Shown here: piece after piece, positions 1-10,173 of the stretch
Layout: each line of letters starts with the position of its first letter
How positions within the stretch are numbered: the first letter of the stretch is position 1
Source: Shigella phage SSG23
DNA: 64,000 bases
Sequence record: PQ351811
Strand: one strand, 5' to 3'
Program-made: the position numbers and the translations under genes
The notes under the pieces: generated by a model
What the model was told of the DNA's origin: nothing
Seen by the model: only the letters and a program-made list of their open reading frames with translations
Database searches by the model: none

Positions 1-126
1 GAACTTATCACGAAGCATTGCGAACCAATCGCCGATGAATCAGAATGCCTACAGAACCTAGTTCTAAAAGATTCTGAGAAGTCCGCTATCAAAGAAAAGA
101 TAGAAAGTGCGAAGGATGGTACTGAT

Positions 127-1101
127 ATGATCGATTCTTCGCTTAGAGGGCTTTATGAGGCGTTATTAGAGAAGAAAATCAACGTTATGGTAAAACATAA
201 CGAAGGACACCGGAAGAATGGGTCGAAAATTGTTTTCTTGAACGATAACAAACACGGTACGTGGGGAGACTTTAAAAAGGTTACGATAGCATGTGCAAAT
301 CTCTTTGATACATACAGCGGAAAGTATCTACGATACTATGCAAATTGCGATTTTGTTCCTAGTGCGCTAGAATCGCGGTTGTATTTTAAAGAATACAAAA
401 ATACCGATAGAGTTAATATCGTGCTAATGACCGATTCTGAAAGATGGTCCCGTCATCAATCAGAAACAAATAATACCTTTGAACGTTTGGTTGATATGGT
501 TAAAGATGAATGTGGTGACAATTTCATATATACCGTTAACCGCGACCGAGAGGCGTGCACAAATGGTATTGGTGAGCGGATACCATACGGATCATATGGC
601 CTTAACTCTTACATTCATCATAAAAATGTTGCTGTGATGTTCAGCTTTAACCCTCAACGGTGGGAGATTGACATTTTAAAAGGATTGGCGCATAGTTGCG
701 ATCTCCCGACAAATGAGTTTTTGAAAGCGCGTCATGTTTCTGACTATCTGGAACCAGCATTTCAATTATGTTTGCGTTGCAACCTTAGAGACAACGAGAG
801 CAAAGAGAAGGTTAATTTATATGTTCCTGATTGGGCGTTAGTGGACTATCTAAAAACTTTTCTTCCTAACGCCAATGTTATAACAGACCGCATGATCTCT
901 TTAGAATGTGGTGAGCGCAAAGGTCGAAAATCGTTTAAGAAGATGTTCGATTTTAACGAGAAGGAGAACGCCAGATTTAATGGATTCAAGCACCGCATGA
1001 AGAAAAAAGGAAAAACTCTTGATCCGTCTGATGGTGAATCGGTAGAGATGGTTAGAGTGTGGATAACTAAGCAAAGAAAGTATAATAGTAATGGGGAATA
1101 G
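127..1101 (+). CDS. hypothetical protein, possibly 5-prime truncated by the window edge
   Basis: Reading frame has no stop from position 1 to 126, so the true start may lie upstream of the window; an AAGGA Shine-Dalgarno 11 nt before ATG 127 makes 127 a possible real start. No recognised motif; basic C-terminus. Confidence 0.5.
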   Translation: MIDSSLRGLYEALLEKKINVMVKHNEGHRKNGSKIVFLNDNKHGTWGDFKKVTIACANLFDTYSGKYLRYYANCDFVPSALESRLYFKEYKNTDRVNIVLMTDSERWSRHQSETNNTFERLVDMVKDECGDNFIYTVNRDREACTNGIGERIPYGSYGLNSYIHHKNVAVMFSFNPQRWEIDILKGLAHSCDLPTNEFLKARHVSDYLEPAFQLCLRCNLRDNESKEKVNLYVPDWALVDYLKTFLPNANVITDRMISLECGERKGRKSFKKMFDFNEKENARFNGFKHRMKKKGKTLDPSDGESVEMVRVWITKQRKYNSNGE

Positions 1102-1118
1102 CCCGAAAGGGTTATTTC
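1092..1118 (+). other. GAAA-tetraloop RNA stem-loop
   Basis: GGGAATAGCCC-GAAA-GGGTTATTTCC; about 11 bp including G-U pairs; overlaps the ORF stop. Confidence 0.4.
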
Positions 1119-1141
1119 CTAAATAATAGCGAGGGTGCGAA

Positions 1142-1675
1142 GTGTCTGATTATGTAAACAATAAAGAGCTTTACGAAGAAATTTGTCGTTGGAAACAACG
1201 AATTGCAGCCGAAGGTCGACAAGTGCCAATGAGCAACCAAATCGGCCTAGCAATTATGCAAATCTCTAAAAATCTATCACGGCGTTTTAACTTTTCTGGC
1301 TATAGTCAAACGTGGCGCGAAGAAATGATCGACGATGGAATCGAAGCGGCGGTCAAGGGTTTGATTAATTTTGACGAGACAAAGTATAAAAATCCTCATG
1401 CTTACATTACGCAAGCGTGCTTTAATGCCTTTGTACAGCGCATTAAAAAAGAAAGAACAGCAACCGCCGCAAAATACAAATATTTTGTGCATCATGTGTA
1501 TGACGAACGCGACGCTGATATGTGCCAGATTGCGGATGAGGCATTCATACAGGACATTTACGATAAGATCAACAACTACGAGGAATCGGTCAATAAACCG
1601 AAAGCGCCAAAGGTTGAAGATGTATTGACCGAGGAATTGCCTAGCCTGGACCAATTTTATGAGATTGAAAATTAA
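1142..1675 (+). CDS. 55: late-transcription sigma factor gp55
   Basis: Strong match to T4 gp55 ([50 protein letters not shown]). GTG start at 1142 preceded by GAGGG. Confidence 0.9.
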   Translation: MSDYVNNKELYEEICRWKQRIAAEGRQVPMSNQIGLAIMQISKNLSRRFNFSGYSQTWREEMIDDGIEAAVKGLINFDETKYKNPHAYITQACFNAFVQRIKKERTATAAKYKYFVHHVYDERDADMCQIADEAFIQDIYDKINNYEESVNKPKAPKVEDVLTEELPSLDQFYEIEN

Positions 1676-1892
1676 CATTTCCCGTTTGCTGGAAGAAGCA
1701 GAGTTTGAAACTGACCTTGTGCCGTATTTCTCCAAATTATTTTTGAGAGATTGCGGCGTTCCGGTGATTATCGATCCGTGTAATATCAAGTCACCGGATC
1801 TTGAGGTCTTGACGGGTACAATCTCACATAGCTATAATGTATCAGAAGATGAATTTTCTTTAATCATCGACTATATCCCAGAAGGAAAATAA
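1659..1892 (+). CDS. hypothetical small protein
   Basis: ORF fills the gap after gene 55; overlaps the 55 stop by 17 nt; no recognised motif. Confidence 0.3.
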   Translation: MRLKINISRLLEEAEFETDLVPYFSKLFLRDCGVPVIIDPCNIKSPDLEVLTGTISHSYNVSEDEFSLIIDYIPEGK

Positions 1893-1893
1893 T

Positions 1894-2181
1894 ATGACTC
1901 ACAATGAACAACATGAGCAAATTGCTGTGAATGAAGTAGACAAAGTTCAAGCAGACCTAGAGGCGAAAGCCGCTAAAAAGGCTGGAAAGATCCTGCGTAA
2001 GAACGCGCGAGAGATTGAACGCCTTAAATTGTGGGCTGAAAAGGCTATCATCGATGATAACCGTGATGCGTATATCTACGCTATCGGAAAGTTACGTGAT
2101 ATCTACAAACAGCCACACACGCCAGAACTGCTTTCTGCTATGTGGATTAGTACACGGCAAACGGTATTAAGTATGCTGTAA
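1894..2181 (+). CDS. hypothetical protein
   Basis: 95-aa ORF immediately followed by a GAAA-tetraloop terminator hairpin. Confidence 0.45.
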   Translation: MTHNEQHEQIAVNEVDKVQADLEAKAAKKAGKILRKNAREIERLKLWAEKAIIDDNRDAYIYAIGKLRDIYKQPHTPELLSAMWISTRQTVLSML

Positions 2182-2190
2182 TGGCTTTAT

Positions 2191-2225
2191 AAGGGAGACT
2201 CCGAAAGGGGTTTCCCTTTTTATTT
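2191..2225 (+). terminator. rho-independent terminator
   Basis: AAGGGAGACTCC-GAAA-GGGGTTTCCCTT stem followed by TTTTATTTTT. Confidence 0.6.
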
Positions 2226-2271
2226 TTCTATGATATAGTGAGAGCATCGAAAACGAAGAGAGGAAGAGACT

Positions 2272-3297
2272 ATGAAAATTTTGCTTTTGGGTGATCTGCA
2301 TACTGGTATCGGTGGCGATGATCCGTGGGTGCATGAGTATATTTTAGACACGATCAAGAAAGCGGTTGATTATTCTAAAGAAAATGGTATTAAGACATGG
2401 ATTCAAACAGGGGATTGGTTTGATTGCCGCAAGGCGATAACTCATGAAACCATGAAGTTTAACCGTACTAAGGTCATCCCATTACTGGAAGAGGCTGGAA
2501 TTACTTGTTATATCACGGTCGGGAATCATGATATGTTTAAACGAAACAAGATCCAGCCTAACGCACCGCGTGAAGTGTTAAGCCAGTATGATTGCATTAA
2601 GGTCATCGATAAGCCGGAAACAGTTACCTTTGATGGTGTATCGTTTGATCTGTTCCCGTGGTTTTGTGATGATAATAAATCAGAGGTTTTAGAGTTTATT
2701 CAAAATTCATTCAGCGAATATTGTGTAGGCCATTGGGAATTGTCTGGTTACTATTTCTATAAAGGTCTAAAATCCGAAGGTTATAGCGCGGACTTCCTCA
2801 AGAAATACCGTGAAGTGTTTTCCGGTCACTTTCATACTATCAGTGATGGCGGTAACGTAACGTATATTGGCACACCATACACACTAACGGCGGGTGACGA
2901 AAACGATCCGCGTGGTTTTTGGGTATTCGATACCGATACACACAAAAAAGAGTTTATCCAGAATGATAAAACATATCATGTGCGTATCACTTACCCGTCA
3001 GATGATAAAATCGACGTAGAACGCTATAAGGGGCTTAGTGTGCGTCTTATCGCAACGGTCGCTGATAATGGGTTAACTAAGTTAGAAAGCGCGTTAGAAG
3101 CCGTTGTGCATAAGCTAAAAGTGGTCCATAAGCTGGAGAGTAGCGCATCACAGGAAACAGGTGTTATTGAAGTTAAAAGCACTATTCAGATGGTCTATGA
3201 ATATCTGGAAGAACAAAACCTAGAACCGGAAGAACTTGCGGCAGTTAAGCGCATCTCTGATGAACTTTTAGCCGAAGTAAATAGCGCAAAAAGTTAG
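2272..3297 (+). CDS. 47: recombination endonuclease subunit gp47 (Mre11/SbcD-like)
   Basis: Calcineurin-like phosphoesterase motifs (LLLGDLHTG, GDWFD, GNHD); 341 aa versus T4 gp47 339 aa; followed by gene 46. Confidence 0.9.
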   Translation: MKILLLGDLHTGIGGDDPWVHEYILDTIKKAVDYSKENGIKTWIQTGDWFDCRKAITHETMKFNRTKVIPLLEEAGITCYITVGNHDMFKRNKIQPNAPREVLSQYDCIKVIDKPETVTFDGVSFDLFPWFCDDNKSEVLEFIQNSFSEYCVGHWELSGYYFYKGLKSEGYSADFLKKYREVFSGHFHTISDGGNVTYIGTPYTLTAGDENDPRGFWVFDTDTHKKEFIQNDKTYHVRITYPSDDKIDVERYKGLSVRLIATVADNGLTKLESALEAVVHKLKVVHKLESSASQETGVIEVKSTIQMVYEYLEEQNLEPEELAAVKRISDELLAEVNSAKS

Positions 3298-3326
3298 TTG
3301 ACGCGGGGAGAAATCCCCGTTATACT
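3298..3326 (+). promoter_or_regulatory. sigma70-like early promoter with spacer hairpin (PeSL-like)
   Basis: TTGACG, 17-nt spacer containing CGGGGA-GAAA-TCCCCG hairpin, TATACT. Confidence 0.6.
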
Positions 3327-3350
3327 CTCTAAAAATTGATGGAGGTTATT

Positions 3351-3602
3351 ATGATTACTGATGCACTGAAAGAATTTAACGCAAGTTTAGAGAAGTTCAC
3401 TAAGATCCGAGTTTTTGAGGTTGTTCGGAATGGTCAACATATGCTATCCTTCCGTTCTAACTACGGGATGTGGACACATGACGAAATCCCGTTTGATCGT
3501 GATAATATCACTAGACTGGAACTAGCAACCATTGTATCCCGTAAGATTGCTGATATTACCCAGAATGTTATTGCGCGTGGGTCTATGGAGTCTGTACGAT
3601 GA
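3351..3602 (+). CDS. hypothetical protein
   Basis: ORF with GGAGG Shine-Dalgarno before ATG 3351; preceded by promoter-hairpin at 3298. Confidence 0.4.
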   Translation: MITDALKEFNASLEKFTKIRVFEVVRNGQHMLSFRSNYGMWTHDEIPFDRDNITRLELATIVSRKIADITQNVIARGSMESVR

Positions 3603-3916
3603 AAACACTTGCACAAAAAGTAATGGAATTTAATGCAGCGTTGCCTATGTTCGCTCGACGTAAGGGGATCTCCGTTGATGTATGGTATTCCAAAGAGCAT
3701 GAAGAAGTTCGGATGATGCTCGAAAAGCGACTCACTGACACTACCGTTAAGTGTAAGATTCGTTCTATTCCTCGCGAGGAAATAGAATTTGATGAAAGCT
3801 ATTACTTTACGCTGCGTCATGTGCTGAAACAAGCAATGGATGAACTTTTAGAAGACCTGAAACAATATGAGATTGAAGGGGGAACATATTATGAATATGA
3901 CTATGGTCGAGGCTGA
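3599..3916 (+). CDS. hypothetical protein
   Basis: ORF with ATGA overlap to the upstream gene. Confidence 0.4.
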   Translation: MKTLAQKVMEFNAALPMFARRKGISVDVWYSKEHEEVRMMLEKRLTDTTVKCKIRSIPREEIEFDESYYFTLRHVLKQAMDELLEDLKQYEIEGGTYYEYDYGRG

Positions 3917-4463
3917 TTCTGATTCGCTGGTAATGGAACATTTTATTGAATTGGTACACACATACACAATAAAACAATCATATCACAAGAATCCGATCTA
4001 TGGCTATCTGAAAGCGCGTATTGCTAAAATGTGGGGTCAGCCAGTGGTTAAGATGTGGTATGATGACGGTTATCGTCGTTACCTTAAAGTTATTCATCCA
4101 CAGGATTTGATGGTAACTATGGACATTGGCGACTTTGTAAAAGACAAAGTAGAATCCATTATTAAGAGTGTGGTTGGTGAATATAATCCGATTGTATATG
4201 GTGCTTTCGTCCAGTGGATACAATCCAGCAAGTATTATTTTCCGAATACTCCATTGACGCTAACAGGTTGGATCTCTGTCATGCATAGCGGTGTATTCCT
4301 GGAAGCGTCAGAGACAATGTACAAGGGATATATTCTCCCGCATCGACTGGTGAAATGTGATCACCGCTTGACTGTAGGTGAATTTCGCGATATTCTGGAA
4401 CAGCAAGCGGAAGACCTGCAAGGTGAAATTGAAGAATTTTTAGAGGAACATAAACTAAAATGA
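3891..4463 (+). CDS. hypothetical protein
   Basis: ORF; GAAGGGGG Shine-Dalgarno before ATG 3891. Confidence 0.4.
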   Translation: MNMTMVEADSDSLVMEHFIELVHTYTIKQSYHKNPIYGYLKARIAKMWGQPVVKMWYDDGYRRYLKVIHPQDLMVTMDIGDFVKDKVESIIKSVVGEYNPIVYGAFVQWIQSSKYYFPNTPLTLTGWISVMHSGVFLEASETMYKGYILPHRLVKCDHRLTVGEFRDILEQQAEDLQGEIEEFLEEHKLK

Positions 4464-4723
4464 TTCTATCGATGACCTACCTTAGACATAGGGTTATAGA
4501 AGGTCTTCGCGAATATCTGGCATTGAATAAAGGGATTTACATTGATCCCTTTATGACATATGATCCGGCGACACTGGATTATGTGGTCATGTTGCCAGAT
4601 CGCAGAGACACACTAGTTAAAGTGAAGGCGGCAAGTGTTTACAACATTGATGAAGATGTGTTAGCATTTAATATTATGGAATGTGTGATCGCGGAGTGGA
4701 TTAATGGCAAAGTTAAATTTTAA
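4460..4723 (+). CDS. hypothetical protein
   Basis: ORF with ATGA overlap to upstream gene; precedes gene 46. Confidence 0.4.
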   Translation: MILSMTYLRHRVIEGLREYLALNKGIYIDPFMTYDPATLDYVVMLPDRRDTLVKVKAASVYNIDEDVLAFNIMECVIAEWINGKVKF

Positions 4724-6386
4724 AACCTTGCGCTATCAGAATATAATGAGCGTAGGTGCTGAACCTGTAGAGATTCAGCTAGACGGATTCAAAAAGACAC
4801 TAATCACTGGTGTTAACGGTGCTGGTAAATCAACAATGATCGAGGCGCTTTGCTTTGTATTGTTTGGTAAACCGTTTCGTAGTATCAAGAAAGGCCAATT
4901 GATTAACAGCGTCAACAAAAAGAAACTGTTAGTCGAAGTCTGGTTTGAACTGGACGGGAAAGAATTTTATATTAAACGTGGTCAAAAGCCGGAAGTATTC
5001 GAAGTGCATCGCGACGGTCAAAAGATCGACGAGAGCGCGAGCACCAAAGACTTTCAGGAATATTTTGAAGGTATCATAGGCATGAACCTAGCCAGCTTTA
5101 AGCAGATTGTTGTTTTAGGCACTGCTGGTTATGTTCCGTTTATGAGTCTTCCGGCAGCGGGTCGCCGTAAGCTGGTCGAGGATTTGCTTGATATTGCCAC
5201 ATTAGGAGAAATGGACAAGCTGAATAAAGCGTATGTGCGCGAGATTACCCAGAATATCCAAATGCAGGAAATGAAAGCTAATCACGTTCAGCAACAAATC
5301 AACACTCATAAAAAGTACATAGAAGACGCTAGCAAGGCGAGTGCCGAGAATCTCCAGCGTTTACAGAATATGTATGATAAAGAGGTAGAATCGGCTAAAG
5401 CATTTAAAGCCGAAGAAACGCGCTTGACCGATGAGCTATTGGCTGTTGTTATGCCGGAAGATCCCAGCGCGGCATTGGCTAAAATTAATACGGCTATCGC
5501 ACAGATTGGTGCACAGATCCAGAACTTTGACCGTGTTATCCATATGCACGAGAAAGGCGGGGTTTGTCCTACGTGTACACAACCGATCATTCAGGGTAAT
5601 GATCATGCTGTACGCGAACAAAAAGCACAAGCAGAACATAAGCTGTCTCTGATTGACGAGAAACGCGTAGAATACGCAGAGAAAGCCAATTCTTTCCAGA
5701 CAGCACAAACTAAGGTCTTGGAAATTAAACGCGCTATAGAGTCACAGAGAGCGAATTTAACGGCATCTGTAGGTCGGGCTAAACAGATCCAGAAAGCAAT
5801 TCAGGAATTACAAAAAGAAAGGGTTGACAATTCCGAAGAACTTGCTAAACTGGAGCACGAACTGGTAGAGATTACCAATGAAAAATCAAAACTAGTTCTT
5901 GAAAAATATCATCGTGGATTTGTAACAGAAATGTTGAAGGATTCCGGTGTTAAGGCGTCTATCGTCAAGAAATATATTCCATATTTCAATGATCGAATTG
6001 CTTATTATCTGGAGATCATGGAAGCGGATTATATCTTTACGCTAGATGAAGAGTTTAACGAAACAATCAAATCACGGGGGCGTGAATCGTTTTCGTATAC
6101 ATCATTCAGTCAAGGCGAAAAAGCACGTATTGATCTTGCGATGCTCTTTACATGGCGTGATGTTGCTGGTAAAGTATCTGGTACTAATATCTCTTTGTTG
6201 GTACTCGATGAAATTTATGATGGGGCTACTGACGTTCAAGGCGTAAAAGCACTTGATTCCATCATTGACAAGTTAGATGATAACGTGTATATTATCAGCC
6301 ATCGTGACCATAACCCTGATGATTTTAGCCGTCATCTCAAGATGGTTAAACGTGGGCGATTCACTGAAATGAATGTTAACATTTGA
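4704..6386 (+). CDS. 46: recombination endonuclease subunit gp46 (Rad50/SbcC-like ATPase)
   Basis: Walker A GVNGAGKST at N-terminus, central coiled coil with CPTC zinc hook, C-terminal LVLDE Walker B; 560 aa as in T4. Confidence 0.9.
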   Translation: MAKLNFKTLRYQNIMSVGAEPVEIQLDGFKKTLITGVNGAGKSTMIEALCFVLFGKPFRSIKKGQLINSVNKKKLLVEVWFELDGKEFYIKRGQKPEVFEVHRDGQKIDESASTKDFQEYFEGIIGMNLASFKQIVVLGTAGYVPFMSLPAAGRRKLVEDLLDIATLGEMDKLNKAYVREITQNIQMQEMKANHVQQQINTHKKYIEDASKASAENLQRLQNMYDKEVESAKAFKAEETRLTDELLAVVMPEDPSAALAKINTAIAQIGAQIQNFDRVIHMHEKGGVCPTCTQPIIQGNDHAVREQKAQAEHKLSLIDEKRVEYAEKANSFQTAQTKVLEIKRAIESQRANLTASVGRAKQIQKAIQELQKERVDNSEELAKLEHELVEITNEKSKLVLEKYHRGFVTEMLKDSGVKASIVKKYIPYFNDRIAYYLEIMEADYIFTLDEEFNETIKSRGRESFSYTSFSQGEKARIDLAMLFTWRDVAGKVSGTNISLLVLDEIYDGATDVQGVKALDSIIDKLDDNVYIISHRDHNPDDFSRHLKMVKRGRFTEMNVNI

Positions 6387-6603
6387 CAGAGTAACGCAGC
6401 CGGAGTTAGAATTGTATACATTAATCAATCTATATTCCGGTGAAGAATATGTAGTTAGTATGGGGGATATGAAAAACAGCATATACAGCGATGCAGACAT
6501 AACAAAAATGTTGTCTTGTCGTCATCATGAGTTTATGCTGGTCCCCAACTTTGATAAACTTGATTACCCTGATGCTGGGGTTGCAACAAACTTTAGAACG
6601 TGA
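6373..6603 (+). CDS. hypothetical small protein
   Basis: ORF in the 46-rpbA gap; weak RBS. Confidence 0.3.
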   Translation: MLTFDRVTQPELELYTLINLYSGEEYVVSMGDMKNSIYSDADITKMLSCRHHEFMLVPNFDKLDYPDAGVATNFRT

Positions 6604-6633
6604 TATACTGATTTTATTTTGGAGATTAATATT

Positions 6634-7011
6634 ATGACTACTTCCGCAAACCTGGCTAAAATTACCGTAGCAGACATTCAGAACAAGAAAACCAGTCTCG
6701 AATTTGACCGAGCAATGAACAAGATCCGTAAAGCGTGGGTACTTCAAATGCCGGAAAGCGAGAAAGCTAAAATGAAGGTTATCCCACAGCAAGCACGCTT
6801 TGAACTATACGCGCATATTGATGATATGGTGCAAAAAGAATGGATCGCGGCAATGCGCAAGTATTACGATGATTCAATTGCTAAAGGCGCTAAAACTATT
6901 CGAGGTAAAGATATTCTCGAAAAGGGTTATCAGATTGACACTGATGAACTGCTGATTGAAGCCGCTAGCGCAGTAGTAACTCGTCTAATCGCAATTGCTG
7001 ATGGGAAGTGA
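6634..7011 (+). CDS. hypothetical protein at the position of T4 rpbA
   Basis: About 125 aa, GGAG Shine-Dalgarno; position between 46 and 45 matches T4 rpbA, but sequence identity was not verified. Confidence 0.4.
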   Translation: MTTSANLAKITVADIQNKKTSLEFDRAMNKIRKAWVLQMPESEKAKMKVIPQQARFELYAHIDDMVQKEWIAAMRKYYDDSIAKGAKTIRGKDILEKGYQIDTDELLIEAASAVVTRLIAIADGK

Positions 7012-7015
7012 TAGA

Positions 7016-7393
7016 ATGAAACGTATGAGCCTAAAAGAACAATTAATGTTTATCGAACTTGACTATAAACTATTCCCGATACCGTTTGATTATGTCAAAC
7101 GTGGCAGTGTGGTTAATTTTGATATTGGAACCGATAGCAACATTTGGCATTTTGTTGTTGATGAGTTTGTTGATAATGTGATTCGTCGTAAACTTGCTTT
7201 TGAACCTTGCGGTGATCTGGTATATCTCGAAGGCAAGAAGACCGCAAAGAACCCTGTTACTGTCTATGCTCTGCAACAATACTTGACAGCATATATTGGA
7301 TTCAGATATACTCATACTATTGATGAGAAAGCTGCGGAAAACTTCCAAAACAAAATGCTCAAGATTCGTAACGAACACGAAGTAAACCCGTAA
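7016..7393 (+). CDS. hypothetical protein
   Basis: ORF with GGGAAGTGA RBS before ATG 7016. Confidence 0.4.
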   Translation: MKRMSLKEQLMFIELDYKLFPIPFDYVKRGSVVNFDIGTDSNIWHFVVDEFVDNVIRRKLAFEPCGDLVYLEGKKTAKNPVTVYALQQYLTAYIGFRYTHTIDEKAAENFQNKMLKIRNEHEVNP

Positions 7394-7423
7394 TTAATTG
7401 ATTAACATGATAAAGGTGATTTG

Positions 7424-8110
7424 ATGAAACTGACTAAAGAAACTATTGCTACTCTGAAAAACTTTTCCGCTATTAACCCAGGTATCATCCTGAAAAAAGG
7501 AAATGTGCTGATCACCAAAAACATGACAAACGTTGTATATGGTGAAGCGACTCTGAATCAAGAACTGGAACACGAAATTGGGATCTATGATCTTAACTCT
7601 TTCCTGGGTATTCTGAATCTGGTAGGCGATGAAGCAGATATTACGGTTGATAACCGCACTGGAAACATTCGTGTGTCTAACGATCGTCTGAAAATTAACT
7701 ATCCTGGTGCTAGTGCTGCCGCTATCGTATCACCGAAAGGCCGAGTTACTCCACCTGCAAGCGATGTAGATTACGAACTGAGCAACGACGATCTGAAACA
7801 GCTTATGAAAATGAGCAATCAGCTTAAAGTGGACCGCCTTGAATTTCTACCGATTGATGGTCGTCTGATGATCAAAGGCTGGGAAGAGATTGACAAAAAC
7901 AATCCTAATGAGATGTTTTGTCTTGACATGGGCGAATATACCGGAACCGCCGACTTCCATTTCTTTATTCGTAAAGACAACATGAAACTGGTTGCTACTG
8001 ACTTCGGCGATTACAAACTGAGCTTCACTCGCCGTAAGGCTGTATGGCTGGCAAGTGAAACCGTGTCTTACATGATCGCGTGTGACCTTGACTCCAGCTA
8101 CACCGACTAA
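7424..8110 (+). CDS. 45: sliding clamp gp45
   Basis: N-terminus MKLTKETIATLKNFSAINPGI matches T4 gp45 (MKLSKDTTALLKNFATINSGI); 228 aa. Confidence 0.9.
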   Translation: MKLTKETIATLKNFSAINPGIILKKGNVLITKNMTNVVYGEATLNQELEHEIGIYDLNSFLGILNLVGDEADITVDNRTGNIRVSNDRLKINYPGASAAAIVSPKGRVTPPASDVDYELSNDDLKQLMKMSNQLKVDRLEFLPIDGRLMIKGWEEIDKNNPNEMFCLDMGEYTGTADFHFFIRKDNMKLVATDFGDYKLSFTRRKAVWLASETVSYMIACDLDSSYTD

Positions 8111-8122
8111 TATAATGTTTGT

Positions 8123-8147
8123 GGGGAGTGTAAATACTCCCTTTTTA
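8123..8147 (+). terminator. rho-independent terminator after gene 45
   Basis: GGGGAGT-gtaaat-ACTCCC followed by TTTTT. Confidence 0.55.
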
Positions 8148-8174
8148 ATGATGTAATTTGTGAGAGGTGATTAT

Positions 8175-9149
8175 ATGCTGAGTGTTAATGAAAATGAGTT
8201 TCAGTGGGAACAGAAATACCGTCCGAAATCAATTTCTGAATGTATTCTGCCGGAAGCAGATAAAAAGATCTTCGCGCAGATCGTTAAACAAGGCCGAATC
8301 CCTTCAATGATTCTGCATAGCCCATCGCCGGGTACTGGTAAAACAACCGTTGCTAAGGCGCTTTGTGAAGATGTGGGTGTTGATTATCTGTTTGTTAACG
8401 GCGCAGATTGTAAGATTGACTTTATCCGCGATGAGATTACACGCTTTGCGCAGAGTGTATCACTCGATGAAGAAAAACGAGAAAAAGGCAAAGTTGTTAT
8501 TATCGATGAGTATGACCGAGCGGGGCTGGCTGATGCTCAAAGACACTTGCGTAGTTTCTCTGAGGCATACTCAAACAATGTGACATTCATTATCACAGCA
8601 AACGATCTAGAAGGTATTATCCCAGCGTTGAGATCTCGATTTGATCCAATCACGTTTGGATCTCCGACTAAAGATGATCAGCTTCGCATGATGAAAGAAA
8701 TGATCGTCCGGTGTAAAGCAATTCTTGATAAAGAAGGTGTTCCAGTAGAAGAAATGCGCGTATTGGCGGAACTGGTTAAGCAGAACTTCCCAGATTTCCG
8801 GCGCGTAATGAAACTTTTGGACCGTTACGCAAAACACGGTAAAATTGATGCTGGCGTATTGAGCATGGTTATCGAAAGTAGCAATACCGAAGTAACCGAT
8901 GTGGTGGAAGCACTTAAAACTAAACAGTTTGCTAATGTGCGTAAACTTGCGCCACGATATACCAATACATACGCTCAATTTGTCAAGAAACTTTATAATG
9001 AGTTGTATACTCAAGTTAAGCCAGCGTCGATTATTCGTCTCACTGAGATCATCGGTGAAAATAATCAGATGTTTGCACACGCGGCTGATAAAGAGATTCA
9101 CATTGTCTTTTTGTTAATGCAATTAATGGTTGAATTGGAGTTCGTATAA
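8175..9149 (+). CDS. 44: clamp loader large subunit gp44 (AAA+ ATPase)
   Basis: EQKYRP, SPSPGTGKTTVAKALC Walker A and DEYDR match T4 gp44. Confidence 0.9.
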   Translation: MLSVNENEFQWEQKYRPKSISECILPEADKKIFAQIVKQGRIPSMILHSPSPGTGKTTVAKALCEDVGVDYLFVNGADCKIDFIRDEITRFAQSVSLDEEKREKGKVVIIDEYDRAGLADAQRHLRSFSEAYSNNVTFIITANDLEGIIPALRSRFDPITFGSPTKDDQLRMMKEMIVRCKAILDKEGVPVEEMRVLAELVKQNFPDFRRVMKLLDRYAKHGKIDAGVLSMVIESSNTEVTDVVEALKTKQFANVRKLAPRYTNTYAQFVKKLYNELYTQVKPASIIRLTEIIGENNQMFAHAADKEIHIVFLLMQLMVELEFV

Positions 9150-9727
9150 TGTTAGGTCAATTTTTCGGTGAAGATGATACACAATTAAACGAGCATGAAA
9201 TTGCATGGCGCTCTCGTGATTGGGAAAAGGTGTCTGAACTAGCGGACACATTCACCGAGAAAACCGACAATGCATTATTTGCTCTGATGGATCATATCAC
9301 CTTAGATAAACAGCGCGTTAATGTGGGAAACAATTCTGCATATAACCAGAGATGGATTAACACCGCTCTTTCCCAGCACGCAGATTGTCTATATAGCGCG
9401 TATGTGATGAATTTAATCGGTCATGGCCTCCCAGATCAAATGCATTTTGATTATCTCTTACAGAGTATTTCTAAGGGGAAACGATACGGTAAATGGGCTA
9501 AACTAACAGAAGAATTGGACCAAAAATTGGTTTTAATGGCAGTGGCGAAAGCATATTGTGTAAATATGGATGACGCCCGGTTTTATCTCGATTTGGCTAA
9601 TGAAAAGGGATATATGGACAAGTTATTGAAGCACATTAAACCGTATGCGACCGATGAACTTTTGGCGGGTGTTACTAAGAATCAGACAGAAAGGAAACGA
9701 CTTAAAAAGATTATAGAAAGGTGGTAA
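9149..9727 (+). CDS. 62: clamp loader small subunit gp62
   Basis: ATG overlaps the gene 44 stop (TAATG); size and position match T4 gp62. Confidence 0.7.
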   Translation: MLGQFFGEDDTQLNEHEIAWRSRDWEKVSELADTFTEKTDNALFALMDHITLDKQRVNVGNNSAYNQRWINTALSQHADCLYSAYVMNLIGHGLPDQMHFDYLLQSISKGKRYGKWAKLTEELDQKLVLMAVAKAYCVNMDDARFYLDLANEKGYMDKLLKHIKPYATDELLAGVTKNQTERKRLKKIIERW

Positions 9728-9728
9728 A

Positions 9729-10091
9729 ATGATTGAAATTAATTTGATTAATCCTGAAAACTTCCTTAAAATTAAGGAGACTTTAACCCGCTGCGGCATT
9801 GCCAACAATCGAGACAAGACGCTGTATCAGTCTTGTCATATTCTCCAGAAGAAGGGGCGTTATTACATCGTTCATTTCAAGGAGTTGTTGAAATTAGATG
9901 GTCGTAGTGTTAAAATGACGTGGGAAGATGAATTACGCCGTAATAACATTGCAAAACTTCTTGCGCAGTGGAATCTATGCACCCTGATTGATAGTGATTT
10001 TGAAACTACCGAAGTTAATAATTTCCGCGTACTGTCTTTTAAACAGAAAGAAGAGTGGACGCTGATCGAGAAATATCAGATCGGACGCTAA
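9729..10091 (+). CDS. regA: translational repressor RegA
   Basis: Near-identical to T4 RegA over long stretches (LKIKETLTRCGIANNRDK, LYQSCHILQKKG, YIVHFKE, NNFRVLSFKQK). Confidence 0.9.
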   Translation: MIEINLINPENFLKIKETLTRCGIANNRDKTLYQSCHILQKKGRYYIVHFKELLKLDGRSVKMTWEDELRRNNIAKLLAQWNLCTLIDSDFETTEVNNFRVLSFKQKEEWTLIEKYQIGR

Positions 10092-10112
10092 GATACTGAT
10101 GGGATAGGGGTG

Positions 10113-10141
10113 TTGACAAACTAGTTCGACTCCCCTATAAT
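10113..10141 (+). promoter_or_regulatory. sigma70-like early promoter upstream of gene 43
   Basis: TTGACA, 17 nt, TATAAT; GGGG...CCCC arms flank the -35. Confidence 0.6.
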
Positions 10142-10173
10142 GAGTGTCTTTCGTAAGTGAAGGAGTTTATATT

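Noticed and set aside
1277-1789. Antisense and alternative-frame ORFs inside well-supported genes (for example 1277..1789 -, 5306..5590 -, 8607..9101 -, 24638..24871 -, 33770..34225 -, and + strand ORFs such as 39217..39501 and 45834..46331 inside the tail-fibre genes)
   Set aside because: Each overlaps a gene with strong homology-based support on the other strand or frame, lacks a ribosome-binding site, and is not needed to explain any gap; treated as spurious.
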